The notes under the pieces were generated by a model that did not search any database, was not told the DNA's origin, and saw only the letters and a list, made by a program, of their open reading frames with translations. From an uncultured Armatimonadetes bacterium (GTDB taxonomy: Bacteria; Armatimonadota; UBA5829; DTJY01): a stretch of DNA of 64,000 nucleotides. Shown one piece after another: positions 56,441-64,000 of this stretch (position 1 is its first letter; each line of letters begins with the position of its first letter). The stretch covers positions 4,832,001 through 4,896,000 of the forward strand of contig OY970325.1 in assembly GCA_963717145.1 (NCBI GenBank), given 5' to 3'. The position numbers and the translations under genes are program-made.

Positions 56441-58007
56441 ACGACAGACTCGGCGGGCTCGACAGTGAAGTCCAGCGTAACCTGCTGTCCGGGCGTAACC
56501 TCGGCCAGGCGGGTCTGATGCTTGAACCCGACCGCGTCCACCGCGACCGTATACGGACCCGCTGGGATGTTCTCCAGCACGAATCCGCCCTCAGCGCCGG
56601 TCAGGGCCGAGCGGTCGAGGCGGCTCGAGTCGATGCAGACGCGCACCCCGGCGATAGGCCTCGCAGTGCCTCGCTCGATGACCCGGCCGATGATCCTGGA
56701 GGGCAGCGCCCTCAGGTTGAGTTGCACCGATTCCGGCGCTTCACCGATATCGAGTTCGGCCTCAGCGGGCTCGTAGCCTGCTCTGGTCACCGTGATCGTG
56801 TATCTTCCGCTTCGAAGCTTGCGCGCCTCGAAGACGCCTGCCACGCTGGTGATGCCGTCGACCTTGGCGAGCCGGCCGGTCACCGAGACGCGTGCATTCG
56901 GCATCGGAGCGCCGGTCTCGGTATCGAGCACCGTGACGCACAGGTTTGCCCTCGTGCTCTCCATCAACCGGGAGGCAAGAGGCTCACCGGCACTCCTGGG
57001 CGTGATCGTCTCCAACACATGCGTGGGCGACACGTTACAGACCGGGCAGTACTGCCAGCCGGGTCTCATCCGGGTCTGGCAGACCGGGCACCGGCCCATC
57101 AGGGTGACGCCGCACGCCGGGCATCGGATGTACTTTCCCAGCACCTCCTCACCGCAGTTAGGGCAGGGATACGCTCCCGGCAGCCTTGCCAAAAGATATG
57201 CCCCGAGCCCGATCACGTTGGTGATCGCCACGAGCGCGCCCCATGCGAACGGCCTCATTCCCCGCCGGTAAGCATCCATTCCGACCCAGATCGGGAGCAG
57301 CGCCAGATACAGAAGGAACGCGAAGAGACTGGCCCAGCGTAGTTCCAGTATCACCATCCTGTCTAGAGTCTGGTGAGGCATATCCATTGCGACCCGGCGG
57401 TCGGTCTGCACCACAGCCAGGATGCCTATGGCCTGGCCACTGTCGTTCTTGATCCTGGCCAGGTAGACCTTCCCGGCGTTCTCGGTATACTTGTTGACCT
57501 CACCGACGAATGTGGACGTCCAATACGGGTACGTGTCGCCGGCCGAATCGTCCCATTGGCCGTCCGCCTCGGATCGAGGGCTGTCCAGTATATCCTCGAT
57601 CGGCCGACCGAACGGGAACACCTTGCCGACCAGTGGCTTGGGACTCGCTGACACAACTCGGCCGTTTTCGTCAAGCACGGCGGCCGCGACGACGTTGCGG
57701 TGATCATCTGACTCAAGAATGCTCGGACTTGACATTGCCCTGACTGCAGCGTCCCATCCAGTATAGATCGTTACGGGCTCGGCCTGCTGCTTGACGTACG
57801 TGTCGAGAATCGCATTGTCCGACGCATCGAGGCCCCCTGGGCGATCGGTCTGACGATTCCCTGAAGGTCAGGATCAGGGAAGCGGTAGACGGTCGCTCCG
57901 TTCCAGAACGGCTCCACCATGATGTAGGTGCTGCCGACGAGCAAGCCGATCGCCGTCAAGAACGAGAGCAGGCACAGCCATCCGATAAGTGTCTTGGCAA
58001 TACGCAT
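56437..58007 (-). CDS. Paralogous membrane/zinc-ribbon protein with a sensor-like extracytoplasmic domain and two Ig-like domains; frameshift at ~57835
   Basis: ORF 57771..58007 joins the open frame of 56437..57735 if G5 (C5 at 57833-57837) is G6; WVGMDAYRRGM, four CPxC, two carboxypeptidase-regulatory-like repeats. Confidence 0.7.
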
Positions 58008-58019
58008 GGTCTACACCCC

Positions 58020-58511
58020 CTACCTCTTAAAGGTCATCCCGTTGAGCGGCCTGCGCCGGGCGGTGACCATGATCGGCACAAAGGAAGTGACGAAGATGAT
58101 CGTGACCGCAATCGCTACCAGCCTCAGCGAGCCGAGCGGGCTCGTAATCGCGACTACATCGATCCGTCCCGTCAACTGCAGGGCGAGGACCGACACCATG
58201 ACTGCAAACACGATCACCGAGGCAAACGCGAACCCGAGGAACGCGTATACCGTGCGCGGGCTGACGCGTTCCATCGCCGGCCTGCATATCGGCACGGCGG
58301 CGAGCGCCTTCGCCAGCGCCCGGGACTCGGCGAGTGTCGGGCGGAGAGTCGGCGCGTCGCCGATCAGGCTCACGAGCGCCCGGTACTCCTCCAGCGCGGC
58401 AGAGCAGTCGTCACATCGGTCGATGTGATGCTCGACCGCCTCGACCTCGTGTGTCGCCAGGTCGCCGGTGACGTATGCCGCAAGCATCTGCTCGCATCTC
58501 TCGCAGTTCAT
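58020..58511 (-). CDS. zf-HC2 anti-sigma factor
   Basis: MNC..C..ML..Y..G.L, H...C..C; two C-terminal TM helices. Confidence 0.85.
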   Translation of the reverse strand: MNCERCEQMLAAYVTGDLATHEVEAVEHHIDRCDDCSAALEEYRALVSLIGDAPTLRPTLAESRALAKALAAVPICRPAMERVSPRTVYAFLGFAFASVIVFAVMVSVLALQLTGRIDVVAITSPLGSLRLVAIAVTIIFVTSFVPIMVTARRRPLNGMTFKR

Positions 58512-59224
58512 ATCCGCCCCTCGCTTTCCGGAGGCCGAAGCTCCCCTCGGAGCTTCTTCAGAGCAAAGTGTATCCAGGATTTGACCGTGCCCGACGGCGC
58601 GCCCATCACCTGTGCGATCTCGTCATAGGTCAGGTCGTGCCGGAAGCGGAGCATCACGGCGGATCTCTGAGCTTCCGGCAGTTGGTCGACGGCGTCCCAC
58701 ATCTCCGAGGCCGCCATCCGATCCGCCACCGTGGTTTCCATCGTGGTGACCGCCCGGTTTTTCGCCTCCATCAGCATCTCCATGGCGTCCATCTCGGATA
58801 CCAGGGACTCTTTCCGTACGTTTCGGCGGCGGAAGTCGTCGCGGATGAGGTTCATGGCGATCGTGTAGAGCCAGGTCTTGAACGACGACTTGCGCTGGAA
58901 GGTGGATGCGGCCTCGATGACCCGCACGAACGCCATCTGAGCGATGTCCGCCGCCCGATCCCGATCGCTCAGGTGGCGATACGCGAAGTCGAGGAGCTTG
59001 CTGTGGTATCTGGAGACGAGAATATCCATCGCGCGCCTGTTTCCGCAGGCGCACAAAGACATCAGCTCTTCGTCTGCGAGGTTGATCACGCGCTGATCAC
59101 TCCTGTCAGCTCTCTCCAGCAGTATCTGGCGTATTGGGTTGCGCAACCGTTGAGCGGACAGCCGCCCCAGGATGCTCGTCTGTTCCATGATACCGACCTC
59201 GTTGATCGCTGTCAAACCTGTCAC
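58508..59224 (-). CDS. ECF RNA polymerase sigma factor
   Basis: DEELM, A.DI.Q..F, SFKTWLYTIA.N...D..RR, LP..QR, LTYDEIA..MG...GTVKS; start may lie further downstream. Confidence 0.92.
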   Translation of the reverse strand: MTGLTAINEVGIMEQTSILGRLSAQRLRNPIRQILLERADRSDQRVINLADEELMSLCACGNRRAMDILVSRYHSKLLDFAYRHLSDRDRAADIAQMAFVRVIEAASTFQRKSSFKTWLYTIAMNLIRDDFRRRNVRKESLVSEMDAMEMLMEAKNRAVTTMETTVADRMAASEMWDAVDQLPEAQRSAVMLRFRHDLTYDEIAQVMGAPSGTVKSWIHFALKKLRGELRPPESEGRI

Positions 59225-60444
59225 TCATACCTCAGTGCCACTGCCGGGGTCACCCGGGTCGCAAGCCACGCGGGCACTACCGACACCAGCAGGCTGAGCC
59301 CAAGAGTCGTCGTAAGGGACGCCCGGACCCAGTAGCTCAAGAACGGCAGGATAAGCCCCGTCATGCTGGTGAACTTGGCGATCAGTAGCGCCGAGAGCCC
59401 GATGCCGATCCCCCACGCCGCGATCGCCACCATCGACGCCTCGGCCGCAAACTGCATGACGATCTCGCCCCTCCGCGCTCCGAGCGCTCGCCGGAGTCCG
59501 ATCTCCTGGATGCGCTCCGACAGGGCGACGAGGGTCATGTTCAGCAGCGACATCAGCGCTATCGAGAGCGTCAATCCTCCTATCATGCCGAGGACCATGC
59601 GTGCGACACTCGTGTTTCTCTCCCAGTTCTCGTATTCACCTTCGACGGTTGCCACCGCGTATCCTGGATTCGGGTTTACCATCGATGCCTGCATGCCAAG
59701 CTTCTTGCCGCCTGCCAGCGCATCTTTCGGGCTTGGGTAGTAGACACGAACGATCGATGAACCAGGGATACTTCCACGTTCGAGCACCTCCTCGGCCGTC
59801 TTGAAGGGCATCACCACCTGGCCAAGATCGCCGATCTGCCAGGAATATACATGGAGTTTGCTACTTCCATCCGTATCGAACGTGCCAACGATTTTGAGTC
59901 GGCAGCCGTTCAAAGTAAGCGGCCTGCCGATCGGATCCGACGACCCGGTAAGCCGGAGGAGCCAGTTCTTCGAGATGAGGCAGACCATGTCCCCGTTCCG
60001 TATCTCCCGAGCCGTGAAGTCTCGACCCATCGCGACCTGGTAGTCTCGGAGATAGGGCTGCTCACCGCTCGATGCCACCTTCGTCGCAATGTTGACCGAG
60101 AGCCGCTGCTTGTCTTCACCGACATCCAGCGTGTACTTGCGGTAGAGAGCGGTGCCCAGGATGCTCTTGTCCCTGTTGCGTATCCCGGCGGCAATGAGCC
60201 TTGCTTCCTCCAGTGACACGACTTTCGTGCCGCGAGGTCCCTGGCCGTGAATCATCAGAGCCGCCTCACTTCGCTGTGTTGGAGTCCATGCCTGCGGACC
60301 GGTATTCAGTTGGCGCTCACCAAGTGAGGTGAAGGCCATCAGCGCGACCACTCCCAGGCTGACGGACATCACTGTAAGTCCCAGCCTCATCGGATGGTGG
60401 AAGGCGGCTGTGATTCCGGACTGAATGTTGCGGGTGAACCTCAT
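59221..60444 (-). CDS. MacB/FtsX-type ABC permease
   Basis: R..LT...V.LGV, GRDF, ERIQEIGLRRALGA, PA..A....PA.ALRYE. Confidence 0.88.
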   Translation of the reverse strand: MRFTRNIQSGITAAFHHPMRLGLTVMSVSLGVVALMAFTSLGERQLNTGPQAWTPTQRSEAALMIHGQGPRGTKVVSLEEARLIAAGIRNRDKSILGTALYRKYTLDVGEDKQRLSVNIATKVASSGEQPYLRDYQVAMGRDFTAREIRNGDMVCLISKNWLLRLTGSSDPIGRPLTLNGCRLKIVGTFDTDGSSKLHVYSWQIGDLGQVVMPFKTAEEVLERGSIPGSSIVRVYYPSPKDALAGGKKLGMQASMVNPNPGYAVATVEGEYENWERNTSVARMVLGMIGGLTLSIALMSLLNMTLVALSERIQEIGLRRALGARRGEIVMQFAAEASMVAIAAWGIGIGLSALLIAKFTSMTGLILPFLSYWVRASLTTTLGLSLLVSVVPAWLATRVTPAVALRYE

Positions 60445-60453
60445 CGCAGTCTC

Positions 60454-61704
60454 CTACCCCCGTGCCCCGGAGGCGATCGCCTCAGCCGGCCTGAGCCTCG
60501 ACGCATAGATCGCAGCGTTCACTCCGCCGATCACGCCGATAAGGACGACGAACGCCACTCCCGTCAGGATCTCCGGCATGTAGGTCATCGCATCGAACTT
60601 CACTGCTGCCTGCCGATCGCCCATATACACGAGAAACGTCGCCAGCGCGACTCCGATTCCTCCGCCGAACAAGCAGAGCATGATGGACTCCGCGAGCACC
60701 TGCGATACGATGTCCCTCGCGGTGGCGCCCACTGCCCGGCGGATGCCGAACTCCCTCCTGCGCTCGGTCACGGAGACCAGCATGACGTTGACGACCCCGG
60801 CCGCCGCCGCGATCACCATCATGATGCCGGTCATTGCGATCACCAGCAGAATGCTGCGCGCGATCTTCGGCATCACGAACGCCGACGCGGCGAATCCTGC
60901 CTCGATCGGCCCGATGCGCTTGGAGAGCAGATCATCGATTTCGCGGGCGGCCCGATTCTCGTCGCGTGGAAGCACCTCAACCCGACGGTAAGTGTGACCG
61001 GAAAAGCTCTCCGCGGCCAGGCGCGGAACGTGGATGCTGGTGTTGGCGTTGGAGACTGGCTGCGGACTTCGATCCTCGGATTCACTTTCGACCATTGTCT
61101 TGGCGGAACTGAGCTTGGTGACGCCGATGACTCTAAAATCCTGGCCTGCCATGCTGATCGCGCGGCCGATGGGATCCGTCTTGCCCACAAGTGTGCCGAC
61201 TCCGTCTTTGCTGACCAGGCATACCCGGTCGCCCCTCCGCTGCTCCTCCCTGGTGAACATGCGTCCCTTCACAACGGCGAAATACCCCATATCGAGGCCG
61301 CAGATAATCGGGCTGATCGTGTTGTCCGTGGCGATCACCGGCCATGACGGCGCTGTTTTCTCGCCACATTTGACGTTCTCGACATCGAGGCCGAGCCAGA
61401 CGATGACCTCTCGGACGTTGGGGAGCTTACGGAGCGCCGCCACATCGGCATCGGTGAGATACATGCGAGCGACACGCCTCCCCGCGGCCAACTCCTCCTT
61501 ACTCTGGCTCACCATGATGCGGATCGTGATGTTCTCGAACTTGCGCCTGATCTGCAGGTTGCGGAGGTCTTCATGCCGGATGATCAGCACTCCGGCGGCG
61601 ACACAGGTCGCTGAGATCCCCACGCCGATCATCGCCAGGACCGAACGCAGTCTCCGCCGCCAGATCGACTTCCATGCTGTTCCGATGGTGTCCCTGAATC
61701 TCAC
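60454..61704 (-). CDS. MacB/FtsX-type ABC permease
   Basis: RLRSVL.MIGV, GRMF, NVMLVSVTERRREFGIRRAVGA. Confidence 0.88.
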   Translation of the reverse strand: MRFRDTIGTAWKSIWRRRLRSVLAMIGVGISATCVAAGVLIIRHEDLRNLQIRRKFENITIRIMVSQSKEELAAGRRVARMYLTDADVAALRKLPNVREVIVWLGLDVENVKCGEKTAPSWPVIATDNTISPIICGLDMGYFAVVKGRMFTREEQRRGDRVCLVSKDGVGTLVGKTDPIGRAISMAGQDFRVIGVTKLSSAKTMVESESEDRSPQPVSNANTSIHVPRLAAESFSGHTYRRVEVLPRDENRAAREIDDLLSKRIGPIEAGFAASAFVMPKIARSILLVIAMTGIMMVIAAAAGVVNVMLVSVTERRREFGIRRAVGATARDIVSQVLAESIMLCLFGGGIGVALATFLVYMGDRQAAVKFDAMTYMPEILTGVAFVVLIGVIGGVNAAIYASRLRPAEAIASGARG

Positions 61705-62402
61705 GATGTCACCCTTACCGAATCCTGGTCGATCAGGCCGTCCCGCAGGCTGACGATCCGGTGTGCACGGTCGGCGATGCTCTGATCGTGGGTCACCATC
61801 ACCAGCGTGATCCCCCGCTCTTCGTGCAGCGTTTGAAGCAGGTCCATGATCTCGCCGCCCCGTCTGCTGTCGAGGTTTCCGGTCGGCTCGTCGGCCAGGA
61901 TGACCGACGGGTCGTTCACCAGCGCTCGGGCGATCGCGACTCTCTGCTGTTCACCGCCGGAGAGTTCGCTCGGGCGGTGGCGCATCCGATCTTGCAGGCC
62001 GACCATCGTCAGGGCGGCCTCGGCCTTCTGCCGTCGCTCTTTCTTCGAAAGGCCCGCGTAGACCAATGGGACCATGGCATTCTCGATCGCCGACACGCGT
62101 GGGAGCATATTGTAGGATTGGAAGATGAAGCCGAGTTCGCGGTTGCGAATGTCGCTGCGACGCCGATCGGTGAGCCGGGCGACCTCCTGGCCGTTGAGCT
62201 TGTAGGAGCCGCGACTAGGCCAGTCGAGGCATCCGAGCACGTTCAGGAGCGTCGTCTTCCCCGATCCCGACGGTCCCATGATCGCAACCATCTCACCCCT
62301 GCCGATTTCCAGGGAGAGTCCCTGGAGCGCGAGCACCGGCACTCGTCCCATCTGATATGTTTTCGTTATGTCTCGCAGACTGATCAGGCTCTCGTCTTCC
62401 AT
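61701..62402 (-). CDS. ABC ATP-binding protein (MacB/LolD type)
   Basis: GPSGSGKTT, LSGGEQQRVAIARAL, ILADEPTGNLDS, VTHD. Confidence 0.95.
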   Translation of the reverse strand: MEDESLISLRDITKTYQMGRVPVLALQGLSLEIGRGEMVAIMGPSGSGKTTLLNVLGCLDWPSRGSYKLNGQEVARLTDRRRSDIRNRELGFIFQSYNMLPRVSAIENAMVPLVYAGLSKKERRQKAEAALTMVGLQDRMRHRPSELSGGEQQRVAIARALVNDPSVILADEPTGNLDSRRGGEIMDLLQTLHEERGITLVMVTHDQSIADRAHRIVSLRDGLIDQDSVRVTS

Positions 62403-62529
62403 TCAAACTTCCTCCACGATTCTTCTCACCAGTTTAGACGCACACCCCGCCACGATCGTTGAGTGCGGCTATTCGTGTTTCTGCTCGTTATGCTACAATG
62501 CAGCGAACACCTGACACGGGAGCGCATCC

Positions 62530-64000
62530 ATGTCTGACATCCTCGAACGCTCGAAGGTCAAACACATATACATCATCCAGCTCTCACATCTCGACATCGG
62601 CTTCACGGGCACTCAGTGCGAGGTGGCCCAGATCTCCGCCGAGACCATCAACCGGGCGATCGAGTTCTGTCACGAACACCCTGACTACAAGTGGACGATC
62701 GAGAGCATCTGGCAGCTCAAGCAGTGGACGGCAGGGAAGAGCCCAGAGCATATCGGTGAACTCGTCAGCTTGGTGAAGGCCGGGCGGATCGGCCTGACCG
62801 CCGGGTACGCCGGGATACTGAGCGCCACCATGGGCGCGGAGGAGTTCTGTCGGTCGCTCTACCCGGCGGAGAAGCTCAGGCGCGAGTATGGCGTCACCAT
62901 CGAGACGATCATCCAGAACGACATCCCCGGCTACTCGTGGGCCTACCCGCAAATACTGGCGAAGAGCGGCGTCAAGCACTTCGTAACCGGCACGAACCAC
63001 TTCATCGGCAAGGGCGCGGAGATTCCCTGGCAGGACCGTCCGTTTTGGTGGGAAGGGCCTGACGGCAGCCGAGTCCTGACCTACATCTGCCATGATCCCG
63101 GCATCAACGAGAGCGGATACCTCCACGGGTTTTGGGAGCACGGCTGGGGCCCCGGTGGACGGGCCGAGCAGACCGTCCCCGAGATGCTCGAACGCCTGGA
63201 GGATGCCGGCTACCCGCACGATTCCGTCCTCATTATGTCCGGCACTGGTGACAACGCCAACACGTTCATCGGAATGGTCGAAGGCGCGCGGGAATGGAAC
63301 TCGAAGCACTCGACGCCGACGATGATCATCTGCACGCCCGATGAGTTCTTCGCCCACCTCAGGGAGGAGAACGCCGGCCCATACCCCGTGTATCGCGGCG
63401 ACTGGTCCGGGCTTTGGGACCAGAACGCTCAGGTCGTCCCGTACGGCGTCTCGCTCTCCCGCCGGGTCCACGACGAGCTTCCTCAGGCCGAGGCGCTCGC
63501 GTCTTTCGCGGGCGTTTTCGGCCTCAAGGCGTACCCGAAGGCCGACCTCGATACCGCATGGGAGAACGTCATCACCTTCGACGAGCACTCCGGGGGCGGC
63601 GGCTGGCCCGGCACTCTCACCCCGGAGCAGACCGCCGAGGGGAATGTCGTCGCGCTCGGGCACGCGCAGACCGCGCTCGATCGTACATCGAGCGTTCACC
63701 ACGCCTCACTCGAAGCGATCTCGTCCTCGGTGCGCATCGAGGAGGACGGCATCCTCGTCTGGAATCCGACGGCGCATTCCCGATCCGACGTCGTCCGCAC
63801 CGGCGATCTCATCATCCGAGCCGACGACCTGCCGGGCCTCGGGTATAGGTCCTATATGTCCCATACGTCCCATGATCCCGGCGTCGCCGCAGTCCCCAAC
63901 TCACTCGAGAACGAGCACCTCCGCCTCGAAGTCGGCCCGGACGGCATGGTCGCGAGCATCAGGGACAAGCGGACGGGCCGCGAACTGGTCGACGGCGGGT
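62530..64000 (+). CDS. Glycoside hydrolase family 38 (alpha-mannosidase-like), 3' truncated by window edge; absent from the supplied ORF track
   Basis: Translated by hand: SHLDIGFT, KWTIE, QNDIPGYSW, PFWWEGPDGSRVL, DN, FDEH, LENEHLRL; frame open in the parts read up to 64000; TGcTACAAT upstream. Confidence 0.88.
   Translation, partial: MSDILERSKVKHIYIIQLSHLDIGFTGTQCEVAQISAETINRAIEFCHEHPDYKWTIESIWQLKQWTAGKSPEHIGELVSLVKAGRIGLTAGYAGILSATMGAEEFCRSLYPAEKLRREYGVTIETIIQNDIPGYSWAYPQILAKSGVKHFVTGTNHFIGKGAEIPWQDRPFWWEGPDGSRVLTYICHDPGINESGYLHGFWEHGWGPGGRAEQTVPEMLERLEDAGYPHDSVLIMSGTGDNANTFIGMVEGAREWNSKHSTPTMIICTPDEFFAHLREENAGPYPVYRGDWSGLWDQNAQVVPYGVSLSRRVHDELPQAEALASFAGVFGLKAYPKADLDTAWENVITFDEHSGGGGWPGTLTPEQTAEGNVVALGHAQTALDRTSSVHHASLEAISSSVRIEEDGILVWNPTAHSRSDVVRTGDLIIRADDLPGLGYRSYMSHTSHDPGVAAVPNSLENEHLRLEVGPDGMVASIRDKRTGRELVDGG

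Noticed and set aside
1-64000. tRNA, rRNA, prophage or integron
   Set aside because: No cloverleaf or rRNA-like stretch, phage genes or integrase recognised by eye; palindromes do not show attC box structure

Overview
GC-rich bacterial chromosomal segment (about 60-65% GC by eye). It is probably Armatimonadota, judging from a 'GLNNIGLxVR..GRV..VDDG' C-terminal module and the carbohydrate-heavy gene content; this is inference. Core genes (typA, purA, ispE, dxs, cysS) are mixed with carbohydrate genes (GH33 sialidase, three tandem Asp-box paralogues, GH5, GH172, GxGYxYP, GH38, a Tat sulfatase), a DUF3494 ice-binding surface protein, a probable amino-sugar utilisation cluster with an unusual ABC importer, an ECF sigma/anti-sigma/MacB-like operon, two toxin-antitoxin pairs and an intact IS66 with an 8-bp target duplication. 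The most striking signal is non-coding. A REP-associated HUH tyrosine transposase (RAYT) sits between ~55-bp double-hairpin arms, and the same arms form several empty ~125-bp units nearby with compensatory base changes. At least six other palindromic REP/REPIN families and 6-9-mer tandem inverted repeats also occur. Some are nested, some supply stop codons, and one lies in frame inside ispE. Four genes carry single-base frameshifts, probably long-read errors. Several genes look leaderless. No rRNA, tRNA or CRISPR array was seen.
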